Source: Oceanispirochaeta sp.
Lineage (GTDB): Bacteria; Spirochaetota; Spirochaetia; DSM-2461
Direction of reading: 5' to 3'
Assembly: GCA_963663385.2 (NCBI GenBank)
Contig: CAXXXD010000002.1
Span: 1,248,001 to 1,312,000 of the forward strand
DNA length: 64,000 nucleotides
Part shown: positions 19,119-33,665 of the stretch, piece after piece
How the letters are laid out: each line of letters starts with the position of its first letter
How positions within the stretch are numbered: position 1 is the first letter of the stretch
Notes under the pieces: generated by a model
Database searches by the model: none
The model's input: the letters and a program-made list of their open reading frames with translations, nothing else
What the model was told of the DNA's origin: nothing
Made by a program: the position numbers and the translations under genes

Positions 19119-20597
19119 ATGAAAATAAACGAAATTATCAGACAGAAGGAGCAGGATATATTCCGTCTGGAAGAAATCCTGGCTCTATTAAGTTGGGATC
19201 AGGAAACGGGAATGCCTCCCCAGGGGATAGAAGACCGGTCGGATCAGATGGCCTGGGTGCAGCAGCAGATATCCGATCGTATCACAAACCCCGAATGGGA
19301 CAATCTGTTGTCGGAGTTAGAAGAACAGGCCGAATGTAATGAAGAAAAAATCTGGTATGCCAATCTGAAACGTCGGTATATATTGAATAGATGCCTGCCG
19401 GACGATTTTATGGCTCAATTTGTAAGGGTGACATCTCTGGCAAGGGATGCCTGGGTTAAGGCCCGGAAAAAGGACGATTTTACCCTTTTTCAGCCCCATC
19501 TCGAAAAGGTAGTCGATCTTGTGCGAAGAAGAGCCGAACTGACCGGTTTTGACGGGGAACCCTATAATGCTCTATTGGATCTGTATGAGCCCGGGGTTAC
19601 TGCGGACCAACTGGAAGGCATATTTAATCCTCTTCAGAATGCTTTAATCCCCCTTATAGACAGAATGATACAGAAACAGGAGGGCAAAACTCTGAATGAT
19701 GAGTTTCCTGTTTCGGAACAGGAGAAAATTCATCATGAACTGCTGAATGCCATGAACTATGATCTGACCCGGGGGCGGATGGATTTTTCTGTTCATCCAT
19801 TTACAACAACGACAGGGCCGAAGGACATTCGCATAACAACTTCTTTAGTGGCTGATGATTTTCTGAACGGGCTGTACAGTACAATGCATGAAGCAGGACA
19901 CGGTCTGTATGAACAGAATCTTCCTGCTGAATGGGGCCGAACACTTAACGGTCAGGCCTGTTCTTTTGGAATCCATGAATCCCAGTCAAGGATGTGGGAA
20001 AATATTATCGGCCGGTCAGAGGCATTCTGGGAGTATTTCACACCTGTAATGAAAAAGGCTTTTCCTGTACAAATGAAGAAAAAAGATGCCCGTTCTCTCT
20101 ATGCAGCATCGAACAGGGTGCAGAGGAGTTTCATTCGTATTGAAGCTGATGAATATACCTATAACCTTCATGTGCTTCTCCGTTTCAGGATAGAAAGGAT
20201 GATTGTAAATGGTATAGCGGAAGTAGCAGATCTACCGGAAATCTGGAAAGATGAATCAGAGAAGCTTCTGGGTATCGTGCCTGAAAAAATGACAGATGGT
20301 GTGCTTCAGGATATTCACTGGTCTCTGGGAGACTGGGGGTATTTTCCCACTTATACACTGGGTAATCTTTATTCGGCACAGATCTGGCAAACCATGGAGC
20401 AGGATCTGGGAAAACTGGATGAAAAGATAAGGGCGGGCGAGTTCGGGACTATTCTGGGCTGGCTTGTCAGTAATGTTCATAGCCGGGGAGCATTACTCAG
20501 TCCGGGAGAATTGATAAAAGAAATCTCAGGAGAAGAACTCAGTTCCCGTTACTTTATAGATTACCTTGAAAGGAAGTCGAACAAACTTTATGCTTGA
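19119..20597 (+). CDS. Carboxypeptidase M32 (Taq-type)
   Basis: WDQETGMP, HPF, HEAGH, HESQSR, IRIEADE, QDIHW, GYFPTYTLGN; start uncertain (19071 or 19119). Confidence 0.92.
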   Translation: MKINEIIRQKEQDIFRLEEILALLSWDQETGMPPQGIEDRSDQMAWVQQQISDRITNPEWDNLLSELEEQAECNEEKIWYANLKRRYILNRCLPDDFMAQFVRVTSLARDAWVKARKKDDFTLFQPHLEKVVDLVRRRAELTGFDGEPYNALLDLYEPGVTADQLEGIFNPLQNALIPLIDRMIQKQEGKTLNDEFPVSEQEKIHHELLNAMNYDLTRGRMDFSVHPFTTTTGPKDIRITTSLVADDFLNGLYSTMHEAGHGLYEQNLPAEWGRTLNGQACSFGIHESQSRMWENIIGRSEAFWEYFTPVMKKAFPVQMKKKDARSLYAASNRVQRSFIRIEADEYTYNLHVLLRFRIERMIVNGIAEVADLPEIWKDESEKLLGIVPEKMTDGVLQDIHWSLGDWGYFPTYTLGNLYSAQIWQTMEQDLGKLDEKIRAGEFGTILGWLVSNVHSRGALLSPGELIKEISGEELSSRYFIDYLERKSNKLYA

Positions 20598-21321
20598 CGA
20601 TCCCCGTTTCTGGTTATATTGGGTTCTCTTCTTTTCAGCTGCCGGTCTAACCCGGCTGGTGATCAGTCTTTTCCGTAAGAAAAGTTGCGCTTCCTCCTGT
20701 CTGTACTTCGCTCTGTCCCTTGCTTTTCTAACCATGTTCTGGCTGGTCAGGGGGAATTTCTTCTTCAGAACCTACCGGGAAGGTGCATTATTCTGCTTTA
20801 GTGCCATGCTGCCCGGGGGGGTAGCTGGATTGCATTTTATACTTTTACTGCTTCCTGTACCGCTTGTTGCTGGTTCTGTAATGTATCTGAACCTCAGTCT
20901 TGCTCCTCCGTTCCGTGCAAAAGAAAGTACTCTTGGCACTCTGACCTGTTATCCCGGTAGAGAGAAATCGCTTTTTGTAGAATGGACAGGACAAGACGGA
21001 AAACCTGTTCTAGGGTATCTTGAAGGAGAAAAATGCTGTATCTATCTAAGGAAAACCGTTTTACCGGACTACTTCTTCTTTCTGGAAAGTCCCTGGGAAG
21101 TTCTTGGAATACTGTCCCGGTATGTAAATCCCGCAGACCTTCCTCTAGACGCAGCTGAATACTACATACCGATTCTGTCCCCCGAAAATAAAAACCCGAA
21201 AATTAAAACATTCGAATACCCTGCCCTGCGATTTCTTGACCCCGGTTATTTCAATTCCTATACCTATGTTATCCGTAATAACCGTGATTTGGTTATTACG
21301 GAAAGGAAATCCACTGACTGA
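20590..21321 (+). CDS. Hypothetical membrane protein
   Basis: About four hydrophobic N-terminal segments then a soluble domain; start overlaps the upstream stop. Confidence 0.6.
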   Translation: MLDDPRFWLYWVLFFSAAGLTRLVISLFRKKSCASSCLYFALSLAFLTMFWLVRGNFFFRTYREGALFCFSAMLPGGVAGLHFILLLLPVPLVAGSVMYLNLSLAPPFRAKESTLGTLTCYPGREKSLFVEWTGQDGKPVLGYLEGEKCCIYLRKTVLPDYFFFLESPWEVLGILSRYVNPADLPLDAAEYYIPILSPENKNPKIKTFEYPALRFLDPGYFNSYTYVIRNNRDLVITERKSTD

Positions 21322-21333
21322 AATCACAGCCCG

Positions 21334-21371
21334 TTGACAGCTTAAGCAGGTATACTTAAGATTTCAGAATG
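21334..21371 (+). promoter_or_regulatory. Sigma70 promoter of pgsA, probably leaderless
   Basis: TTGACA 21334-21339, 17 nt, TAAGAT 21357-21362, 6 nt, ATG 21369; no SD. Confidence 0.7.
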
Positions 21372-21962
21372 AATTTACCAAATAAATTAACTGTTGGAAG
21401 AATATTCCTGACGCCTGTCTTCTTTATTGTATTTGCCCTGACTGTTTTAAAAGGGAACCTTTCACTCCCCTGGATCATTGTTCTATGGATTATACAGATA
21501 GTTATCGAAATCTCGGATGTTCTGGATGGGCACATTGCCCGCTCAAGGAACCTGGTTTCCGATATAGGTAAAATCCTGGATCCTTTTTCGGATGTTCTCA
21601 GCCGTGTAACCTATTTTATCTGTTTTACAGCTGTGGGACTTATGCCCCTGTGGGCTATGATTGTTATTGTCTGGCGTGAATTCTGCATTATGTTCATCAG
21701 GATGGTAATCGCAAAGGAAGGTACTGCTCTGGCGGCAAAAGGAGGAGGGAAAGCTAAAGCCGTATTCTATTTTATCTCCGGAGTTTTCGCACTAATAATA
21801 CTGACATTCCAATCCCTCGGAATCGATTTATACAGGAACGAAATGCTTCTTACCGGAAGAATACTATTCTCCCTGGCGGCAGTCAGTTCTGTTATCTCTT
21901 TTATCCAGTATTTTATTCTTTTCATGCGGACGGATACTATGAAGCAATTTGTTAAGGAGTAA
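21369..21962 (+). CDS. pgsA: CDP-diacylglycerol--glycerol-3-phosphate 3-phosphatidyltransferase
   Basis: NLPNKLT, SDVLDGHIAR...SDIGKILDPFSD CDP-alcohol phosphotransferase motif. Confidence 0.9.
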   Translation: MNLPNKLTVGRIFLTPVFFIVFALTVLKGNLSLPWIIVLWIIQIVIEISDVLDGHIARSRNLVSDIGKILDPFSDVLSRVTYFICFTAVGLMPLWAMIVIVWREFCIMFIRMVIAKEGTALAAKGGGKAKAVFYFISGVFALIILTFQSLGIDLYRNEMLLTGRILFSLAAVSSVISFIQYFILFMRTDTMKQFVKE

Positions 21963-21969
21963 GTAAATA

Positions 21970-22090
21970 GTATTTTTTTAATATTTTTTTCAAACATTCT
22001 GTTGACAAAAAAGCGCGATAAGTTATATATTCACGGAGCGTTCAACGCACAGCGCACTGAACGCAGCGAACTTAAATGTTCTTTTACAAA
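21970..22090 (+). promoter_or_regulatory. rRNA operon promoter with AT-rich UP element and boxA-like site
   Basis: T-tracts, TTGACA 22002-22007, TATAT(A/T) near 22024-22031, TGTTCTTTTACA at 22077. Confidence 0.65.
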
Positions 22091-22349
22091 GGAATTAGAG
22101 AAGGGAAATTGAAGTATTTGACGAAAGTCAAGCCGATTGCGTACCGCAAGCCCGAAGGGTTGAGGAACGCAATAACTGGTAGTATGAATCGATTTCATAG
22201 AGTAGGCGGATGCTGAAATATGAAATCACGTTAGAGTTCTTTTGAATAAAAAGGGTTCTGACTCTTACTGGGACGGATCAGGATGATAACATCCGATTAA
22301 TATCTGTTCCGGTTTTACAATGATAGTAACCACTTTTGTGGTTAATTAT

Positions 22350-23891
<1,542 letters not shown>

Positions 23892-24085
23892 AGCGTGAAA
23901 GGTATAAGTCTTGCAGTTTTGTACATTGTAAGCAGTTAGACATCATTTTTACGAGTGATGCCTGCTACAGAGTTGCGTTCCCCGGTCTTCGACTGTTGTA
24001 CGCAACGGGCTTGGCTTTCGTCAATTACTTCTAATTTCCCGTCAGATAATTCCCAAAGGGATCTGTTTTACTGATTCCAAAACCG

Positions 24086-24159
24086 GGGGGTATAGCTCAG
24101 CTGGCTAGAGCACTAGATTTGCATTCTAGGGGTCTGGGGTTCGAATCCCCATACCTCCA
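24086..24159 (+). tRNA. tRNA-Ala (TGC), CCA not encoded
   Basis: Acceptor GGGGGTA/TACCTCC with G3:U70, anticodon arm CTAGA-TTTGCAT-TCTAG, GGTTCGAATCC. Confidence 0.97.
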
Positions 24160-24240
24160 AAGCCTGGTTTAAAACATTTTAGATATTTTAGTTCAGGCGT
24201 TCTTTTAAATAGGTAATAGCGAAGGGATAAATAATAATAT

Positions 24241-27165
<2,925 letters not shown>

Positions 27166-27275
27166 TATTATTATTTATCTCTTCAGTTTTATATAAATTG
27201 CAATCGCTTTGGAAGCTAGGAATACTTCTGGAGAGTGAATGCTTCTTGTCAGGGTAAGACTTGATAAGATTATTA

Positions 27276-27374
<99 letters not shown>

Positions 27375-27383
<9 letters not shown>

Positions 27384-27572
27384 TTATTTGCCCCTTGTCT
27401 TAGGATGAGGGGCTTTTTCTTTTATAACCAGCTGCAACGACCGTAGCCAGTGCGGCTTGAGCGAAGCTCAAACGCACGTTGACGAAGCCCGAAAGGGCGA
27501 AGTGAGTTGCCAGTTTATTTGCCCCTTGTCTTAGGATGAGGGCCTTTTTTTTTATAACCGGTTGCAATGACC
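27375..27572 (+). repeat. Direct repeat (~68 bp x2) of 5S 3' end plus rrn terminator, separated by a 63-bp structured insert
   Basis: Copies 27375-27442 and 27506-27572; first 37 nt identical; each has GCCCCTTGTCTTAGGATGAGGG(G/C)C plus T tract. Confidence 0.9.
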
Positions 27573-27737
27573 CTGTCGTTGTGTTCCTCATTCTTCCGGT
27601 ACGCATCTGATGCAGCCGTTACGGTTGATACCAGCATAAAATCCGGCCGGCGAATCTTAGATACATAATAACGGATACCGGGAAGGTGCAGCGTGTTGAC
27701 TTCTATTTAGAACAATTGTATATGTGTAGTAAAAAAA

Positions 27738-28620
27738 TTACCGTCGAGTTGATCGGATTATTTGTCTCCCTTCTACCGTTATGGAGAGGCCGTAACGGTT
27801 TTTCTCTTTCGAACACCAGCCCTTCTGTTTAAAATCTTCAATAATTCTTCTGGCCTGAGCCGGGGTAAGGTTAATGCCTTTTCGGGTACAGAATTCTGAC
27901 AAACGCTGCCGTGTAGGGATGAGCCCGTCAGACAATAGGGATTCAATAGATTCAAGGGCAGTAATTTCCTTCTCTGATACCGCCGATTGTTTGGATCTGT
28001 CCTCCATCTCATACTGATTTTCCGGTTCAAAAAAGTCCAAAATAAACATCCCGTCAGGAACATCTTTCAATGAGATCGTATCAGAGCTTGAGATTGCCAT
28101 CATACAGATTAGAATGTTCTTCAGTTCTCTTATATTTCCGGGCCAGATATAATCTGTCAATTTTGATTTGAGGGCGGGGGTAATCTTTGTTTCAGAAAAG
28201 GATTCCCGGTGGATTAAATGATCAATCAGGATCGGTATATCATCCTTTCGTTCTCTCAGTGACGGCATTCGGATGTATCCCTGTTTGATTCTATAAAGAA
28301 GATCCTCGCGAAACAGGTTATCTGGAGCCATTTTTGTTAAATTACGGTTTGTAGCGGCTATTATTCTCACATCCACTCTGCGGATATGATTCCCTCCTAT
28401 CCTAAGAACTTCTCCTTCCTGAAGAACTCTCAGAAGGCCCCTTTGAATTCTGGGGGAAATATCACCTATTTCATCCAGAAAAAGTGTTCCTCCGTCTGCC
28501 TGTTCAAAAAGACCTGCTTTACCTTCCCTGGATGCTCCTGTGAATGCTCCCGGCTCATAACCAAACAATTCACTTTCCAGCAATGATTCATTAACTGCAC
28601 TAAGGTTGACTGCAACATAG
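27738..28620 (-). pseudogene. 5'-truncated sigma54-dependent activator (partial AAA+ domain, winged-helix C-terminus)
   Basis: YVAVNLSAVNESLLESELFGY, GAFTGA, FLDEIGD, WPGNIREL present; Walker A, sensor domain and start absent; in-frame TAA six codons further upstream. Confidence 0.8.
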
Positions 28621-30126
28621 TGGAAGATGCCAGATACTTACATCATCATCTTTTTTGTGGTTATAGCTGCGGCTATTTTAACTATGATTGTGCCGGTTGG
28701 TGTCTTTACAGCAACTCAGGAAGCGGAAAACGGTAAGACTGTTCTGGACCCCTCATCCTATACAAATCTCTTTATAGAAGATGATGGTGTCCTTAAAGCC
28801 GATTTATGTGGTACGACTCATCGAAAGCCAATTGCCCTGTTTAAACCATTTGGCGGAATGGGGGTTCTGAATTATGTTTTTGAAGGTTTGACTTCCGGTT
28901 CCAAATGGGGGACAGCAGTCGGTATTATTGCTTTTATTCTGATTGCAGGTGGATCTTTTGGTGTTGTTCTCAGGACCGGTGCCGTTGAAAACGGGATACT
29001 GACTATGATCCGCAAAACAAAAGGGAAAGAATCTCTTCTACTGCCCCTTTTGTTTCTCCTTTTCTCTTTGGGAGGAGCCATTTTCGGAATGGGCGAAGAG
29101 GCTATTCCTTTTGCCATGATCATTGTTCCTATTGTCATCGCCATGGGTTACGATGCGGTAACGGGTATTTTAATTACCTATGCGGCTACACAAATAGGTT
29201 TTGCCACTTCATGGATGAATCCCTTCAGTGTTGCTATTGCACAGGGCGTTGCCGGTGTTCCTCTAATGTCGGGAGCCGGATTCAGGATTTTCATGTGGGT
29301 TTTCTTTACAGTTCTGGGAATTGTGTTTACCTGGTTTTATGCCAAAAGAATTAAAAAGAACCCTTTGAAATCTGTTTCATATGAGAGTGACCGGTATTTC
29401 AGGGAAGATTTTGAGGCCCGGGAGATGGAAAATCGGGAATTCACCATAGGTCATATTCTTGTGCTGCTGACAGTTCTGGCTGCTGTGATCTGGGTTGTCT
29501 GGGGAGTTGTCGGATACGGAGTAGGAAACGGTTATTATATTCCTTCCATAGCAACTGTGTTTTTTATCATGGGGCTTGTAACTGCCATTATCGCCGGTAT
29601 CTTCAAGCTGAACGGCATGACATTCAATGATAGTGCAGATGCTTTCCGGAAAGGTGCCGCTGATCTTGTGGGTGCTGCTTTAATTGTCGGTATGGCAAAA
29701 GGCATTATCCTGGTTCTCGGTGGTGACGATACGGGAACTCCCAATGTGTTAAATACGATTCTATACGGAATGGGATCGGTTCTCTCCGGTCTCCCGGAAG
29801 TGCTCTCTGCCTGGTTTATGTATTTATTCCAGTCTATCTTCAATTTCTTTGTTGTTTCCGGTTCCGGTCAGGCAGCACTGACTATGCCTTTGATGGCTCC
29901 TCTGGCTGAAATAGTAGGAGTTACCAAACAGGTAGCCGTTCTTGCCTTCCAGTTGGGTGACGGTTTTACCAACCTTATCGTTCCCACTTCCGGATGTTTG
30001 ATGGGTGTTCTGGGCGTGGCCCGTCTGGACTGGGGAAACTGGGTGAAATTCCAGATAAAATTCCAGGGTCTGCTGGCTGTGTTCGGAACGTTATTTATTA
30101 TTTTAGCCGTTCTTATCGGTTTCTGA
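28621..30126 (+). CDS. yfcC: YfcC family putative basic amino acid antiporter, native N-terminus apparently lost
   Basis: WKMPDTYIIIFFVV resembles the YfcC W-x-MPDT motif; GMGEEAIPF, SWMNPFSVAIAQG, SGSGQAALTMP, FQLGDG; in-frame TAG directly before TGG; first ATG 28627. Confidence 0.85.
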   Translation, partial: WKMPDTYIIIFFVVIAAAILTMIVPVGVFTATQEAENGKTVLDPSSYTNLFIEDDGVLKADLCGTTHRKPIALFKPFGGMGVLNYVFEGLTSGSKWGTAVGIIAFILIAGGSFGVVLRTGAVENGILTMIRKTKGKESLLLPLLFLLFSLGGAIFGMGEEAIPFAMIIVPIVIAMGYDAVTGILITYAATQIGFATSWMNPFSVAIAQGVAGVPLMSGAGFRIFMWVFFTVLGIVFTWFYAKRIKKNPLKSVSYESDRYFREDFEAREMENREFTIGHILVLLTVLAAVIWVVWGVVGYGVGNGYYIPSIATVFFIMGLVTAIIAGIFKLNGMTFNDSADAFRKGAADLVGAALIVGMAKGIILVLGGDDTGTPNVLNTILYGMGSVLSGLPEVLSAWFMYLFQSIFNFFVVSGSGQAALTMPLMAPLAEIVGVTKQVAVLAFQLGDGFTNLIVPTSGCLMGVLGVARLDWGNWVKFQIKFQGLLAVFGTLFIILAVLIGF

Positions 30127-30187
30127 TTTAAGCTACTGGGGCTGCGGCAGCAGTCCCATTCCCGGAGGTAAGAGGATTGGCAGGAGA

Positions 30188-31369
30188 ATGAAGCAGAAGT
30201 TACAGATCATCCAGGGCGCTGAGATATATGCACCCGAAAAGCTTGGTAATATGGATATCCTTTTTGCCGGAGAGAAGATCCTGGCTGTGGAGGAATCGAT
30301 TCGGCTTGATGCCAGTGGTATCGAAGTTGAAATCATTTCCGGCGGGGGACTGATTCTTGTACCGGGCCTGGTAGATTCCCATGTGCATATCTGCGGTGGC
30401 GGCGGAGAGGGAGGATTTTCCACAAGAACACCGGAAATTCAGCTCTCCTCCATTTTAAAGGGGGGAATCACCTCAGTCGTCGGGGTATTGGGAACTGACG
30501 GTACTACAAGAACCATGACGAATCTTCTGGCAAAGGCATCGGGTTTGACCGAAGAAGGGATTAATACATGGGTTATGACCGGCAGCTATCAGATCCCGGT
30601 AAGAACCCTGACAGGCTCAATTCCGGATGATATTATTCTGATTGAAAAGATTCTTGGTACAGGAGAAGTGAGTTTGTCTGATCACAGATCTTCCCATCCT
30701 GATGTGAATACCTTTATCAAGCTGGTTTCAGATACCCGCCTGGGCGGAATGCTTTCCGGTAAAGCCGGTCTGGTGAATATCCATATGGGAGACAGCCGCG
30801 ATACCATCTCACTTTTACTGGAGGCTATCGAGACGTCGGATCTTCCCATCTCCCAGCTGCAGCCAACTCATATGAACAGGAATCCCTGGCTGTTCAATGA
30901 TGCTGTTCTTTATTCAGAAAAGGGCGGATTTCTGGACTTTACGACCAGTACGACACCACAGTTTGTAGAAGAGGGTGAAATCCCCGCAGCAGAAGCTTTG
31001 AAGCTGATACTGGATAAGGGGATAGACATATCGCGAATATCCTTCTCTTCAGATGCTCAGGGCAGTTTGCCTCTTTTTGACGATGCGGGTAATCTTAAAG
31101 GGCTGACAGTCGGAAAATCCCAATCACTGCTGGAATCATTTATAGAAGCAGTCCTGAAATGGGGTATTCCCATAGAAAAGGCGATTCTGCCGGTTAGTAC
31201 TACCCCGGCCGGCCGGTATAAACTGCCTGGTAAAGGTAAAATCTGTGCCGGATATGATGCGGACTTTCTGCTTTTGAATAAAAAAGATTTATCCATGAAT
31301 ACTCTTTTTGCCAGAGGTAAAAAGATGGTTGATAAGGGACAAGTGGTAAGTTTCGGAACATTCGAATAG
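30188..31369 (+). CDS. iadA: Isoaspartyl dipeptidase (beta-aspartyl peptidase)
   Basis: DSHVHICGGGGEGGFSTRTPE, LGTDG, SDHRSS, PTHMNRN, SSDAQGSLP. Confidence 0.95.
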   Translation: MKQKLQIIQGAEIYAPEKLGNMDILFAGEKILAVEESIRLDASGIEVEIISGGGLILVPGLVDSHVHICGGGGEGGFSTRTPEIQLSSILKGGITSVVGVLGTDGTTRTMTNLLAKASGLTEEGINTWVMTGSYQIPVRTLTGSIPDDIILIEKILGTGEVSLSDHRSSHPDVNTFIKLVSDTRLGGMLSGKAGLVNIHMGDSRDTISLLLEAIETSDLPISQLQPTHMNRNPWLFNDAVLYSEKGGFLDFTTSTTPQFVEEGEIPAAEALKLILDKGIDISRISFSSDAQGSLPLFDDAGNLKGLTVGKSQSLLESFIEAVLKWGIPIEKAILPVSTTPAGRYKLPGKGKICAGYDADFLLLNKKDLSMNTLFARGKKMVDKGQVVSFGTFE

Positions 31370-31465
31370 AACCGGGACGCCCATTTGGTTTTTCTCAAGA
31401 TGATTTAATTTCTTATAAAATATGCCGGTCACGGATTTTTATGAAGCGTCTTTGAACAGGAGCTT

Positions 31466-32323
31466 CTATTTGGAGAATTCTCTGGGAGGAAGAACTATAA
31501 CAACCCTGCCCTGTTGCAGAAGCTCCCTGTTGTGGGAAGAGGATGTTATCCGCCTGACTGCATCGTCCGAAAGGATCAGATCGGTTTTGTTTTTACCATA
31601 TATCCCCCGAGCCATGGTTCGGAGAGGGTATACACCAACACGTTCGGACATCTCGCCAATATTCATGGAGTAACTATACCCGGTATTCCCCCATTTGCTG
31701 ATTACCGAGGGCAAGGTTAATTTTTCACTGTGAATTTCATTAAGGGAAGAATCAAATAAACGCGGAAAGAGACAGGGATTAAGTATTACGCTTTCTCCAT
31801 TGGAACCCTGCCAGGGCAAAGGTTCGCCTGCATATATGACAATCCCGGTAAAATCCTCATTAGGCGTGTAAATCGGATTCAGCGGATAGGAGTGGGGTCT
31901 TTCGTGCCTGATCAACAGATCGCCGATATGAGGGAAGAGAGGAAGTTCGTAACGGACGGTGAGAAATTTACGATCCGGAGTAGCTGTTGTGAAAATTTTC
32001 TTCATTGTTTCGGAGAGGGATTCAATCCGGCGAAGCAGAACGGGATCGTTAAGGATGAGATCTCCTATTGTATTCCAGGAATCAACTGTGATCGGTAACA
32101 GGGCGTCTCCTGTTATTACGGGAGTCTGGCGGAGAATATACTGTTCGGTTTTATAACGGCCTGTTGGCTGATTAGTATCTGATTCTATCGCTGCGGTCAG
32201 ATCCAGTTGAAGAGTATTGTTCTCCCAGTCAACAACCGTATCAATCTGAATCCTTTCCTGTGCATTCACCTGCATTAAGGTGCAGAGAGATAATACAGCT
32301 ATAAAAATGGGGGGTTTTATCAT
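31466..32323 (-). CDS. Conserved exported hypothetical protein
   Basis: Signal peptide; FTGIVIYA...PCLFPRLFD...QGRVVIV; starts 1 bp after the lytic transglycosylase stop. Confidence 0.65.
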   Translation of the reverse strand: MIKPPIFIAVLSLCTLMQVNAQERIQIDTVVDWENNTLQLDLTAAIESDTNQPTGRYKTEQYILRQTPVITGDALLPITVDSWNTIGDLILNDPVLLRRIESLSETMKKIFTTATPDRKFLTVRYELPLFPHIGDLLIRHERPHSYPLNPIYTPNEDFTGIVIYAGEPLPWQGSNGESVILNPCLFPRLFDSSLNEIHSEKLTLPSVISKWGNTGYSYSMNIGEMSERVGVYPLRTMARGIYGKNKTDLILSDDAVRRITSSSHNRELLQQGRVVIVLPPREFSK

Positions 32324-32324
32324 T

Positions 32325-33665
32325 CTATTCTCCCGGTGCCGGGACGAGGAGTTTCATTCCCGGTCTGATCGTTGATTCCAGAGGCAATCCATTTCCCGCA
32401 GCAATTTCTTCCGGACTGCGGTTATGCTTCATCGCAATACGCCAAAGCGAGTCGCCCGCCTGAACCGTATACTCTCCGGACCAGGGTACCGAGTTCTCGT
32501 CTGACAGAAATCCGGGCTTGTCCGGTATGGAGTCATCTATAATCGGTACCAGAAGGATCTGACCGATTCTGAGGTAACGGCTCTCGACTCCCGGATTGTA
32601 TTCTTCAATATAAGTAACAGGGATTTTATACCATTGTGCAATTTCGGACAGGGTATCACCGGATTGTATTTTATATCTTTTGAAGCTTATAAGATCACTA
32701 TCTTCGTTTAAGGCCGCTTCCAGCTGGGCTCTATACTGTTCGGGAACTTTTAAATAGTAGGAATTCCCCGGAGGAGGAGTTACACTGTAATTCAGTTCCC
32801 TGTGAGCCAGGAAAAGAATATCCTCCGGTATTTCAGCCTTTCTGGCAACACGGCGAATATCCACACTCCTTTTAAGGGGAATACGATTCCATTGTACCGG
32901 TTTATCCCAGCTCAGGCTGATTCCAGCCTTACCGCGGGATTCGCATATATAGGCAACAGCCGCCATTTTCGGGATGTAGTTCCTGGTTTCCCGGGGAAGG
33001 AGCCCTTTATCGCACAGTTCCCAGTAGTCGTTGATTCCGGATGATTCAACAGTACGCAGTATTTTGTTCAGGCCGCAGTTGTAGGCTGCCAGTGCCAGAA
33101 GCCAGTCTCCGGTTTTTGAGTAGTTATACTCCAGCTTTTCAAGAGCGCTTTCAGTTGCACGCCAGAAATCCCGCCTGTCATCCCGCCAGGCATCCACTGT
33201 TATATCGTAGGGATCTATACTGTTCATCATAAACTGCCACATCCCTGCTGCTCCCGATCGGGAGACAGCATCAGAACGGTAGGCTGACTCAATTAAGGGA
33301 AGATAGATTATCTCACGGGGCATTTTCTTCTCTGCCAGACGGGAATTGATAAAATCCCAAAAGGGTTCAGCCCTTTCCAGGCAGCGATTGATATAATCCA
33401 GGCCTTTCCCCTCACCAAAATAGAGAATATACTGGTCAATCAGATTTTTATCCGGCAGATTGACCGACCAGAGATCGATCTGGCGATGAATTTCCCGGGG
33501 GTTTTTGTTTATTGTTATATCAGTGGTGCCAACAGATGACGGCATACTGTGAAGGTTGCGGGGCGGAATCTTCTCTCCCGCCATAGCTGTAACGGGAAGT
33601 ATTCCGAATATGAGGTATGTAAGTATTAGAGGCGATCGCCGAAGTATATTCCTGCCCATTCCCAT
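32325..33665 (-). CDS. MltD-like lytic transglycosylase with two LysM domains
   Basis: IESAY, SRSGAAGMWQFM, LAAYNCG, ETRNYIPK; YKIQSGDTLSEIA and YTVQAGDSLWRIA; start uncertain. Confidence 0.9.
   Translation of the reverse strand: MGMGRNILRRSPLILTYLIFGILPVTAMAGEKIPPRNLHSMPSSVGTTDITINKNPREIHRQIDLWSVNLPDKNLIDQYILYFGEGKGLDYINRCLERAEPFWDFINSRLAEKKMPREIIYLPLIESAYRSDAVSRSGAAGMWQFMMNSIDPYDITVDAWRDDRRDFWRATESALEKLEYNYSKTGDWLLALAAYNCGLNKILRTVESSGINDYWELCDKGLLPRETRNYIPKMAAVAYICESRGKAGISLSWDKPVQWNRIPLKRSVDIRRVARKAEIPEDILFLAHRELNYSVTPPPGNSYYLKVPEQYRAQLEAALNEDSDLISFKRYKIQSGDTLSEIAQWYKIPVTYIEEYNPGVESRYLRIGQILLVPIIDDSIPDKPGFLSDENSVPWSGEYTVQAGDSLWRIAMKHNRSPEEIAAGNGLPLESTIRPGMKLLVPAPGE

Noticed and set aside
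27400..27606. 68-aa minus-strand ORF
   Set aside because: Runs across terminators and the repeat; no SD or recognisable motif
27696..27724. TTGACT-17-TATATG antisense promoter into the activator remnant
   Set aside because: The -10 lacks the conserved final T and nothing downstream supports it
27738..28583. Intact 281-aa activator starting at TTG 28583
   Set aside because: TTG is an internal Leu of the conserved LLESELFG motif; Walker A is missing
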